Positions 26,701-38,400 of a DNA stretch of 64,000 nt are shown piece after piece. The position numbers were made by a program, and so were the translations under genes. The stretch's first letter is position 1, and each line of letters starts with the position of its first letter. Under the pieces are notes generated by a model that worked only from the letters and a program-made list of their open reading frames with translations, did not search any database and was not told where the DNA came from. Origin of the DNA: Antedon mediterranea (taxonomy: Eukaryota; Animalia; Echinodermata); the NCBI RefSeq assembly GCF_964355755.1, contig NC_092673.1, forward strand, positions 1,860,001-1,924,000. Direction: 5' to 3'.

Positions 26701-29700
26701 TGATTCATTTTTAAGATGTGCAAACAATACTCAAATAAAGAAGATAAGTAGATTTCTGAAATGGAATACTGTTAAAATAAACTCACCGACGATTGGTGTG
26801 TCTGTAGTATAAACACCATACATCGTTCGCACCTTAGCAACTCCATAGCTTCTACCATTATCTGGTTCACTACTTTTTGAAGATCCATCTGTTCTTCAAA
26901 AATTCCTCGTGCAAGTTGAAGCATCATCTAAATTATCAAATTAATAACTATTTTATATTGTTTGGCAATCAACTCCTAGATAAGTAAATGTCTTTAGTAT
27001 TAGTAGAATAAGCCAAATATGTAATTCTTTTGCCATAGGAATCCCAAGTTAAATAAAGCAACAATGTCCTTATGTTTTGAAACATTAATTGGTACCTAGA
27101 CTAGTAATTTACTACTTTTCATGTATTTTATGTGTGTCATTTGTCGTAGCAAGTACCGTACTCTGTGATTGATAGAACCCCACTAAGCTTGGGGACTGAA
27201 GATATATTTCCCCTCCCCCCACCCCTCAATTCTACTGTATCTATTATACAACCATTTTCAGTAAGATTGGTTTTTTTTTCTGTTCTTATTTATTCATTTA
27301 TTAACTTATTAAGTTATTTACACAAAGCAAAATTTAAAATATGATAACAAAATGTTTATAATACTAATCTTACCTGATTCCTTTTATATTCATTAATTGA
27401 GATTTCAAAGAGTTGAGCATTTATAATGCCTATCCCACAAAAGGTAAGGTAGTTTTTGAATACCTAAAAAGTATAAACAGATAAAATGAAACTTTATCTT
27501 TATCAAAGTAGACAACTTGCTAATAACTGTCAGAATTACATAGCTGCGACATTCTTGACTGGTGGTGCCCGAGATTTCCGACGCTAGTAGAAATACACTA
27601 TACACACAATCAACTTTACTTAACTAATTAATTGCTAATTTTTAGAGGCTGTCACTGTCATAATATTCTTCATATAAAGGCCAACTCAAACAGCATCGTA
27701 CAATGAGGCCCGACGAGATGACTGACTGGCACTCACCCTCTGAGTTGGCCTTTAGGGACAAAACTCAAGAGCAAGAGACGTACAAATAAGGCAGCTTATT
27801 TTTCGTGCCGCATCTTTTAGGCAGTTATATTAGAGGATGGAAGCATTTTTGCCAAATAGTGTGTATAGCTGGAAAATTGTTTGATTTGTGTGTACGTTTG
27901 AAGATTGAAAATTGTCCAGGATGCTTTATAACTTTATTTATTTTTAAGTCACAAATTTTAAAATAAAATGATTAATACGACAATCAGAGGGTCCAGAGTG
28001 AAGAGTGAGTCATTATGATTCAATATTTTGAACTTTAGAATATTGAATAATTATGAATTGTCTATAGTTTTTTTTTTTAAATTTTATATTATAATATGAC
28101 AATGAAGTATATTTGAAGCAAATGAAACTAACACATTCAATTTTATTGAATGTGATGAATATTAAATTCTTCAGGCTGTTTTCAATCAATGCAAATTAAA
28201 CTATAAACTTGCCCATGGAACAGTTTCATTGGATTTCCATTTAATGGATACAGTAAAGGTAATACCGAGTAAGTCCTTACTCGTATTTGTGTCTCATCAG
28301 AATTAAAATTTAATAACAACACATGAAAGGTTTAATTTAAATTTTTCAATGTCATTTAAACCAATCACATTAGATAATAATGATCAAATTGATGGTCAGA
28401 CGTGAATAACAGCCTTGTATTCATTCATTATAGTTTCATGATTATTCTTTGTCTCTGTAGGTGAAGACAGTATTTAATGGATCTAACCTCTTCGTCTTTA
28501 GCAGTAAACTCATGTGAACCAGTGATCTTATTCATAACCTGTGCGACGCCAATCACTTCGCCGTCATGGTTACAGATTGGCATACACAGTATACTGTGGG
28601 TCTTATAACCAGTCTTTCTATCAACTTCACGATTGAACCTTCGGTCCTGAAATATCAAAATAACATTTTTGTTTAATGTGAGGGTATGTGTGCGTTTTAA
28701 AGTGTTACGGTTCAACGAACAACCTCTGAATTTACACCAAAATAAATAATAATACCGGTAATAATAATAATAATAAATCATAAAACCTAGATGAAAAATA
28801 AAATAAATAAAATGAGTGTTTAAACTTGTACACACTACTTGGAGCTCTTCTTCCAATGCTGTTAGTGTTCAAGCTTAGTTTTCAATAAGATAAAATCTAA
28901 AGACATAGGTACTGTATGCAAAATACAAATGGATGCAAACATTTACCTTTTTGACTTACAGCATGGCAAATCAAATCAAACTAGGCCTAGTCAAACTATG
29001 TTAAATACAGTATTATTATGTTTCTATTAATTTGTTTGTAATTTTACTTTTATGGATCAAAGATTCCGAAATAAGGATTAAATGAATGAATGAATAAATA
29101 AATAAATGCACAAAATAAATAACAGGTTATATTGCATTACAACAGATTGTTTCTTAAGTAGAAACCACACTAATTAAACAAGTTTAATCATGATATTTGT
29201 GTTTAATGATGGAACATCGCATTCTTTGATCAAACACTTAATTGTTGTCTTACCTTTTTTTATCTACACAATTAATGTTCACATCTACATCAAAGCTACT
29301 CAACATTTTATTAGTTAATTAAAAAAAGGCTAACTTTTTACTTGGATACAAGTTTTAATAATAATAATAATCTGGCTTGAGTTTATTGACACAGCCAAGG
29401 TGTGTTCTAGATATTAAAATCCATTATTCATTTTCCAAGTTCTGCCACTTGGAAAAAGCACTATAGTTTATGAACATTACAGAATTTTAAGTCATTTTTT
29501 AGCACATTAGAAAATGACTGTAATTGTATTCCCTTGAATTATCTGAAAAAGCGCTTCATAATATTTTTATTTCTGCAGAGTTGACTTGATAATTATCTAT
29601 ACTTTGATTGAATGTTTTATCTACAGAAAATCAATGGCTGGTGGGTTAAAACAAATTTTTAATGGCATTTAAAAAGGCAAATATTACGAATTTATAATAA

Positions 29701-30812
29701 TCTCTTTATATTGTCAAAATGTAAATTAACAATTTTGGCCCATAGGCCTATTTGAGGATACAATTAAATAACTAAAGATATAAGCTTTTATGACGTCACC
29801 AATATCAATTACCATATATCCTTGGGTATAATCCCACCACAAACAGGCATATCTCCCGGTATAGTCCTAGTATTGACTTTTGGTCTGGATGTAGGCCTCT
29901 CTCTAGCCAGTTCAGATGAGTTTTTACAATAAATGCTTACCAATCATCTTTTCCTAAACCTGGGTTTTCCCTAGTATAGTCCCACCCCCAAAGTCAGCCT
30001 ACTTTCGTGTTCTAGTGAGGGGGAGGGGGGGGGGGATTATACCAGAGGAGATAAGGTAGGCTATTGCAGTAAAATTCAGTAAATCATTCAAGCAATCAAA
30101 CAAAAAATATAGTAATTAATTGGCAAAATACAATTAAATAAAATTTGATAGAACTTACCTCATATGCATCTTTTATATTGACAGTCTCTTTAGATTGTGC
30201 TACATGTCCTGCAATTCCATGACCAAATGGTATCTTAATTTCTTCTTCAGCAGTGTGAACGGAATCTTCCACGGTTGAATGCTCTGTCACATCAAATAGC
30301 TTTGAAACTAAAAATCGCTGATCTTTTGGTCCCCGAACAAGAAACAAACTACATCGATCTCCGTTGGTCAGTATACTAACATTCATAAGAATTTTGTGAC
30401 ACAGTGTGTTCAAGTCAAGTTCATTTGCAATATCCCGGATTAATTCCATGAACAACTCTTTTTCATCAAGTTTGGCAAGAGCACTCTTGTTGCTAAGTTT
30501 ACGTTTTCCACCAATACAGGTCGGCGAAAGTAAATTTCTAACATTTCCACTCATGCCAGTAAACGACTTTCTGAAATTTTTAAGAAGTGTGCCCCTGCTT
30601 CCAGACATTTCTGGCAGAGAATCTGATGCTACACCTCCTGTAGGAAACATTGACTGATCTTTCTTGGAAGCAAGCCAGGAATTAACATGCTCATATGTAG
30701 CTTTAGACTGGAATATTTCAGCCATAGCATTTGGATTTTTGTCCAAATATTCCTGGACTTTCTCAAATGTAATTTCATTTGGCGAGTTGGACTGTTTTGT
30801 AATACTTGCCAT
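6447..30812 (-). CDS. PDE6: cGMP-specific 3',5'-cyclic nucleotide phosphodiesterase, GAF-A/GAF-B/PDEase-I with C-terminal CaaX (invertebrate PDE5/6 type, like Drosophila Pde6; PDE5/6/11 family), about 912-923 aa
   Basis: Exons 30159-30812 ([23 protein letters not shown]), 28488-28646 (GVAQVMNK..F...DE), 27374-27463, 26787-26927, 25608-25673, 22409-22473, 21294-21357, 20659-20850 (GAF-B), 17420-17563, 15733-15879, 15357-15464 ([10 protein letters not shown]), 14468-14577 ([11 protein letters not shown]), 13038-13125 (MEHHH), 12597-12697 (ATDLALYF), 11608-11824 ([19 protein letters not shown]), 10260-10343 ([10 protein letters not shown]), alternative 9519-9603 or 8833-8950, terminal 6447-6670 (...[10 protein letters not shown]). 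All splice phases join in frame. The exact paralog assignment is uncertain. Confidence 0.93.
8345..8488. repeat. Minisatellite, 27-bp unit, about 5 copies
   Basis: TAGCCAGAATGGTT(G/T)GATCCAAGCCTG repeated. Confidence 0.85.
10522..11630. repeat. Minisatellite, 34-bp unit (43-bp variants), about 30 copies, each containing the PDE exon end and 5' splice donor
   Basis: Unit ACCCAGTACAAACTTACAATTGGTTGTTGGTTTA. On the minus strand it reads ..AAC CAA CAA CCA ATT|GTAAGT... Confidence 0.95.
13259..14331. mobile_element. Kolobok-like non-autonomous element (TTAA TSD, AG..CT ends)
   Basis: TTAA|AGATGTATTATCCTC...GAGAAAATACATCT|TTAA. Related short copies lie at 17048-17320 (TTAA on both sides) and about 16015-16320. 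Confidence 0.6.
13803..14185. repeat. Tandem repeat, 92-bp unit, 4 copies
   Basis: GATTATTTTCT recurs at 13805, 13897, 13989, 14082 and 14174. Confidence 0.9.
14727..14776. repeat. (AAT)n microsatellite
   Basis: About 16 perfect AAT units. Confidence 0.95.
17048..17320. mobile_element. Kolobok-like MITE
   Basis: TTAA|AGATGTG...CAATATATCT|TTAA. The interior resembles 16020-16320 (AAAACATGAAAAATG, AAAATGGCATATTCAACAAA). Confidence 0.6.
17641..17797. mobile_element. MITE family A copy
   Basis: Same TIRs and internal ATCACTACCATATTTGGGCAT repeats as 5386-5548. Confidence 0.8.
19393..19622. repeat. 108-bp tandem duplication
   Basis: TGTGGATAATG at 19395, 19503 and 19611, with near-identical intervening sequence. 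Confidence 0.85.
19950..20165 (-). mobile_element. tRNA-derived SINE with Deu/Nin-like central domain
   Basis: Minus strand: A box AGTGGCCGAGCGG, B box GGTTCGAGGC, then CTCGGATAAGGACTATAAACTGTAGGTCC..TTAAAGAACC..GAGTAGGGG. A second partial copy lies at about 40135-40286. Confidence 0.75.
21510..21812 (+). mobile_element. tRNA-derived CORE-type SINE with L2-like tail
   Basis: A box TGGTGCAGTG, B-box-like GGTTTTAATCC, core GTATCCTTAGGCAAGATAC..AAAATGGG, tail GCGCTATATAAG..(ATT)n. A reverse tail fragment lies at about 31520-31580. Confidence 0.7.
25365..25527. mobile_element. Short degenerate MITE; related copy at about 6892-7157
   Basis: TIR CTTGGTTTCCACT / AGTGGGAACCAAG, with internal inverted GACCAATC and GATTGGTC motifs. 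Confidence 0.5.
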
Positions 30813-32417
30813 TTTTAACAGATATGTCAGGTCTTCTAAGCTTAGCGGAGTAATGTCCAATCCGTTGCTTCAGTAATTAATTTCCATCATCAGCAACAAG
30901 AAAGAAATGCCTACCACCTAAGCCCAGCTTATCAACCTACTCCTCAGGAGGCTTAGCCTAGGGCCTAGCTTAAAATCGTGACCGGACAGTGAACGTACAG
31001 CGCACACAAAACTATGTAAACAGACACAAGTTTATTATTGATTGATGAAAGAAATGTCAATATTTATCAAGCCCAATAACATATTAAGCTGGATTAAAAT
31101 CCCTTATAACCGTACTCTCTGTTGGGAGATCACATTTATTCCCAATAAACAACATAAATTGCTGAATATAACGACAAAAATAGTTTCTATTACCTACACT
31201 CTAGGCTACATGAGGCTAGGCGCTCTGTTGATTTGCAGCAGCAGCAGACAAACTCGATCTCAGCCTCCACACTGTACCGCCAAAGACACACGATCTTTCG
31301 CTAACTACAGTGCGTAATAAGTTCAGATTCGTAATGAATATTCATTAAGGTTCCTAAATGTACGAATGTCATTGGTTTATTGATATGACTAATTAAAAAG
31401 CAGCAATGTGATTGGTCAGATGGTAAAACTCGAGTTTAATGCGTTAAAAAAACTTTTTTTTTGTATTATTCTTTCGCAAATACATATAAGTATATATTCA
31501 TCATTTTACTCTATACGTATATAATAATAATAATAATAATCTGTTCTTATATAGCGCATATAAGCAGGCTCTCAATGCTATATCTTCATACAATTTGAAC
31601 AAATGGGTATCCAAACTGGAATTAAAGTAGACTAAAAATAAAAAACTGACATAAAAACTGTGATCCTAATTTTACATTGAAAATATTAAAGTCATTGTTT
31701 CCCTTTAAAAACGGTTTACAACTGATTCCAATTGTTTTCACTTCAACTGTTTGGATTTTTACATTGAACTAATAATTCTAATGTTTATTTATTTAATGAG
31801 GGTGTAAAAATAACAATATATAATTCTAGTAATTCTGCTTTTAAAATGCATCTCTACATTTTATTCAGCTTCACATTTTTACCTTTTAAAATATGTTATC
31901 ACATATTTCAATTGTTGTAAACCTTTACAATATATATTATTATGGTATTTTAACTTGCTTTCTAAAGTTGATTTAATTCTTATAATGGTTTTATACATGT
32001 ATATACTGCACCTATATGAGCAATCAGTGATTGGATATATGGTGAATTATAAATGTTTATTATTATTTTTATTCATATATCAAACAAACAAGGGAATAAA
32101 AAATTGAAAAGCATTGAATACACACTTCTGAAAATGTACTCAAGGTAAATAAACTTTAATGTATTTAATAATGACTATAACATTTCTTATAATCTACATC
32201 TAGTACACGAACGCCCAAGTGTTAACATTGCTTTATGTTTTGTATTAAAAATTGAGAGAGAAGTCAAAGATAAAGTTTCATATTTATTTAATCATAAATT
32301 ATCTTCATCAGACCATCACACATCACACCTGTATAGGATGTGCACCAAAGTTATTTGTCAACAGAGATCAAACTTGTATACAGTTTTTTTGCCAGTAATC
32401 TCACATTGGATATGTGA

Positions 32418-35400
32418 TTACAAAAACATATCCTCAAAGTATTCTTCAAATTCGTCTTCCCTGAAAAATAGAGAATACAGTTAATTGTATTACAATGGAG
32501 GATAATGTATTTCTACCTAGTACAGTACTACATTTATCAAACGTCACAATTACCAAATACTGTTTACAAATCAGTCCCTATAAAGAAAGCAAAATGATTC
32601 TAATATCCAGCATTATTTTAAATCCATTTCAGACAACTTTCTTAAAACTGAACTTTTTGGATTGGCTTAAAATAGTTTTGCTTAGTTATGCATGAATTGT
32701 TATATATTAAAAATAGTATTAATGTGACTACTGGTAACGTAATAATAAAATTGTTAAATAATCATCCAGAAATATTGTATTTTTGGTTAACCCCACTTAT
32801 TCGTGTCGTAATGATTAACAAACGTCCTTACCTTGTTTTCTTTTCAGGTATACTTACAGGACCTGACCACACATTGGATTCTTTATGAGTATAGCCTAAA
32901 AAACAATGTAAAACAAACATGACAAAGCAAAGTAACAATAGAAAGGATATGTATGCATATATATAAAACGATTTATAGATTAACATCAAGAAAGAGAGAG
33001 TCAATAGATGATAAAATATTACAAAGATTGACAGCTAATTGGCGTAAAGGCGGTTTATATGAGAATTAACTACCGACATAAATCGACTAAATTTCATATT
33101 GCCGTTTCTATTTAAAGCTCTGTCTACACTATCAAACTAGTTTGAAAAAAAAAATATGTGCCCAAATATGGTAGTGGTATTCATTCATTCATAATGGTAT
33201 ATTTATTAAAATCATCTTCACAGAAAAACTGAATTGCGACAATTTTTTACATTATTAAAAGGTACTTAATATATTTAAAATGTTTTAAAAAGATAGCATA
33301 AAATAACATCAAAAATTGAGAACCACACAATACATCATATAAAAACATTAAAATAAACGAGCACAACATCAAAACAAGTAAAAATCTAAATGACATCATC
33401 ATGTCCATATATGGGCACATCACATTTTTTTATCACATAAAGTTTGATAGTGTAGACAGAGCTTATAAAACAATAGTGACTTACTTCCTTCTTTACTTGT
33501 AGAGTTGTCTTCGTCCTCCTCGTCCTCATCATTACTCGATTCTTCACTTGAACTACCATGTTTTGACTTCTTATATTTTCTTTTATGTTTCCTTTTATGT
33601 TTCTTACTTGATTTTTTAATCTGTTTTTGCTTTCGTGGAATCTTTGTAACTTCTTTTTTCTGGTGACAATAGTTTAATTTATATGAGCAGTCAGGACAAA
33701 GACCTTGAAATTATAAACATTATAAAAGTAGTTATTTAGAGGTTTTCAACATAATTTTTATTATTAAGCAAAGAGAAACGATCCCCTTCTCTTTCTGTTT
33801 AATAGTGTACCAAGTTCTTTTACATGCAGTACACGGGACCAACAGTTTTACATCCCATCTGAAGGACAGCAAATACATAAACATTCAAAATAATTATTAT
33901 TATGCAAAGAGAAACAATCCCCCTTCTCTTTTTTCGAATAGTGTACCAAGTTTTTTAACATGCAGTATATGTACACAGGACCGACAGCTTTACATCCCAT
34001 GCGAAGGACAGGAAATACATAAACATTCAACATAATTATTATTATGCAAAGAGAAACGATCCCCTTCTCTTTTTTCGAATACAGTACCAAGTTTTTTAAG
34101 ATGCAGTATATGTACACAGGACCGACAGCTTTACTTCCCATCCGAAAGATGAGGAAATACATATGTAATGAAGCAATATGAAAGGTTTTATTATACCAAT
34201 ACTGGCAGTGTACAAGAGTCAACAAGCCACTAAGTAAACATGACCATGGTAAGTAATGAAATTATTGCTTATCAGTATTAACCTTAAAAGATAACACACT
34301 AAATACAACATTGTACCGTTATTATATGCTTCTGTTTGGACTAAAAAACACATTACTATTTCATCATTCTGGTGATTGTGTTGTAGCCACCAGTACAGTT
34401 GGTAAGGTGGATAGGTTTCAACCTGACCACTTTTTCATAGAGCCTTTGACAACCCAGTGGACCCGCTTAAACAGAGATTGTTCCTATTTCTTGCGACAAC
34501 TGAACTACTTTTTTTCTTGTGGCTACATCACTGTATATGTTTGGGTTAGGCTTACCTAGGCACAAACGTGCTATATCAGTGAGTATAAGAGGGTCAGTTG
34601 GGTACAAAAGATAAACAAGCATTCAGCTAAGAAATTCTGTTTTGCAATTAAGTATAAGGAATACTTAGTTGCCGTTACCAAACCATAAGGATAACAGAAA
34701 GGAATAGGTTAGTAACCTATGGATGAATTCTAAATATAGAATTAATATTGAAGAATTTTTAAGAATTACAGAAACATATCCAGCAAAATGCAGTCTATGT
34801 CTAGTACGCTGAAACGAAAGCTGTCACGAATACCATCCGAAGGGTTTGGGCTTGGAAGCACTCTGCAACTTAAACCTCATGAAATCGCATATAAAGACTT
34901 GGACATTCAAGGGAGTTTAGAACGCAAGAATGGACTTAAGGCATCCAGAGTTCTTTGGTCTAAGAAGGCAACAGTCCTGTGGGAAGTCGATAGTATCGGA
35001 CAAGATATCAGCGATTTGTTTGAAATAAAACATTCAAATGTTTTGAGAGTTTTTGGTTCAGTTGTTTCTGATAAACCATCTATTCCTATGTTACTTTTAG
35101 AATATGCATCTGGAGGCAACTTATTCAACTACATTCATCGATCAGATACACCTATACCAAAACAGCAATTTGTTAACTTTGTCTACGATTTATTTCAAGC
35201 CGTTGCTTATCTACATCAGTCTAACATTGTGCATAAGTATATCAAATCCAAGAACTTCTTGGTCTTCCCACAAGGTCTCAAAATCTGTAATTTCAGTAAA
35301 TTAAAAACTGAAAAGAACAGTAATGAAGAAAGCGAGGACTGGAGATGGTCAGCCCCTGAAACATTGATTCACCCGCAACACGCAAGTAAACAGTCGGATA

Positions 35401-38400
35401 TTTACTCTCTTTTGATAGTTGTATGGGAACTGTTAACCGGTAAGCTACCGTATGCAGAGCTAGACAACAGGTGCAAACAAAGAATTATTAATGAAAATCT
35501 TAGACCATCACTCCCAACGACCATTAAAAGAAGCATGGTTAAGATGTTCAGCAACAGTTGGCACCAAGACCCTGTTAAGCGCCCCAGCCTCGCTGATACG
35601 CAGCAAGACCTTTGCTTGTACGCACTTGAACACGGCTTGGCCTACTATAAATTCAACCAATCATCGTTTGACATGTTATCTGTCAAAGGCAAAGAAAAAC
35701 TACAGGAATGTAAATCCGTCTTGGATGTTATAGCTGTATCAAACCGGACAGTAGCTGTTCACACAATCACAAACAACAGAACGTACAATGTTGATATATT
35801 CCTCATTCACAATGACTCATTTGTAGCAGTGAATTCTGTAAGTGATGAAAATTTGAATCAGATAACCTTATACAGGATCTGCGAAATGAAACAGAAGATC
35901 GTTGCGATTGGTGGAAAACTTGATTTTGATGACATCATCCTGACGACTATAAACATCGACGGTCAACGAGAAGATGAATGTTTATTAAAAAGCCATTTTG
36001 CTTGGTATAAATGTCAAAGTATAGCTTGTGACAAGCATGGTAACAGGTATATACTGATACTGCAAGCTACCCATACCTGGCAATGCTTGAAGTATGATAA
36101 AGATGGTAGACCATGTGGTTTAATATTCACACACAGAGGTCTTAGTGTGGCACCGAAAATACTAATACAAAACAATTCTCTCTGGTGCGCACTTGAATCA
36201 AATATTGGAGTTTATGATCTTGTAGGAAATAGACTAACTACTTTGAAGTTCTCGTTTGAAGATCTTGCAATCTCTAAAGCCGGTTTCCTGGTTACAACAG
36301 TTGCGTATGAAAATAACTTACATCTGCTAAGCTATACAGGTGCACATATAAAAACGTTTACAATTGAAAAAGATGAGAATGATGACACACAGGTTACATT
36401 CCTAACAGATAAGAGTATGGTTCTTACAACCAATGATACTATTGAGTTAGTTGAGCTTTTCAGTATTGACTAACATGTGGTGGTCGACTGGTTATGATGT
36501 ATTACTGCATTGGCTACCAATCCAGCAGAGAATTCATTTTAAGATCGCACTGTATCTGTACAACAGTGTTCATAAAGTTGCCCCGAAATATATGCAAGAT
36601 ATCATTAATTTGCATGAGCCTCGTCGTTCTGGCCTTAGATCATCCATGGACAATTTACGCCTTTCTGTCCTTGCCACAAAAATTGGTTTTGCCAACAGTG
36701 CTTTGGAACAGCATCCCTGACACGCTCCTAGTTTTAAGAAACAACTAAAACATATTTGTTCCCTAAGTAGCATTTTCATTTACTTTTTGTATGTGGTTTT
36801 TGATAATCTCTCTGTACAGCGCTTCTGGAAAAGCGCTTTATAAATAATAATAACAATAATATTATAACACACCTAAATATATTTTTGTCATTTGATTGGA
36901 TGGTAAAATGAATGTTTTGTATTCATGGAATGGTACAAATAATGTTATTCAGTGAAATATGAAATTTTATTATCATCTTTCCACAAAGGAAATTATTTGT
37001 ACTATCGCACTTATTAACATTTATTTGTATTATTATCAAGTAATTAATTTGGGTCAAATCATAAAAATAGTAATTAGGTTATATGCATTATCATGCATAT
37101 AACCTCTTGATTCTGTCAAAATCTTTATTTATTTATTTATTCTTTCCTTAGCACTATTTTGTCCGTGAATTATCTTGATATCAGTTTCATCTATCTAAGT
37201 CAATTTTTCAGAGTATATTCCTTATGGCCAGGAATCGATGTGGTTATATTTTCACGATGCGTAATCAAAAATTACGCGGTCTACGCGCGATTTTACGAAA
37301 TCACGTTTGTAATCATATCTTCACAAGCATGAATCACAATTAAACAAAATTTGGTACTCATAAATTTCAGGTCATATTTCATCATATGGCAATACAATTA
37401 CGTGCGTAGCGCATATAACGCTTGCGTACGCGCGCTTAAAATGTTCAAAATTGTCAAAATTTATTTTCGATGAAATTAGAGTACGTTTCAGGCAATTTTA
37501 GGCGTTTAAAAAATTGCCATGAGTGCGCAGATTTTTGCACGCGCACTGCGCGTTATACGTTAATGCGCACTCTTTTTGTCCGATTTCGGTTGTACAACCT
37601 TTCTTTAATAATATCATCATATTTTATTCACTTTTCAACGCGTAATTGCCTTATACGAGCACGTCAAAAGTGACAGGCTACGCACGTGTAAGTTAACAAA
37701 ATGGTGAAAATATGCTAAATTTTAAAATTAATATAGATCGTCAGAATGCTCGGGAACACATATTTTTTATTTCATTTTCTTGAAGTGTATGTATCTTATG
37801 TATGATTTATTATTAAACTAAGGGAACAAAAGTTGATTAAGCCATAATTAATTGCATATTAAATTTAAAAAAATTCATTTTGACAATCAAACAAATTATG
37901 ACATTTTCTTAGGCCAAAATAACAAACTTAACATTAACTTTCTTCCTCCAAAAGTTCATATATTAAAGTTAAAAGTATATAGTTTGACAGTGCATCATTT
38001 TTGTACATTTTTAGAGATGTCATCATAGTAAAAAATTATAATTCATTGCGGTATGTAATAATCTATCTGCACCAAAGTGGTTACTGCATAGTAAATACAC
38101 GGAGGAATTTTTCTACAATTTTTAGACAGTTGTGTATGGCTCGGTGGTGTGTGCTCGTGTCTATGGCACTCAAGGTACCGAGATCGAGTCTCACCTTGGG
38201 AAACGAAATAAGATTTTCTTTTTATTATCCGTATTGTTTGTTCAAATTTATTTCTTAGTGTATATATTATACACATGATTTATAATGAAATCTAGATAAA
38301 AAATAACTTATGTCTTTATTATTATGTAACAGCAAATGTGGTTTATGACATTATACGCAGAGGGATCTTTGATCGGATTGTGATACCGGCTATTGTATTC

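Noticed and set aside
30870-30872. In-frame TGA upstream of the PDE ATG read as selenocysteine
   Set aside because: No SECIS was recognised, and PDEs are not known selenoproteins.
30406-30876. Plus-strand ORFs overlapping PDE exon 1, and other short ORFs overlapping real exons or in introns
   Set aside because: Antisense shadows or chance ORFs with AT-rich low-complexity composition, no motifs, and often non-ATG starts.
32941-32952. Other U12-like (A/G)TATCCTT motifs on the minus strand (also at about 3004-3011 and 24542-24549)
   Set aside because: They lie mid-intron, not at any exon boundary required by the reading frames.
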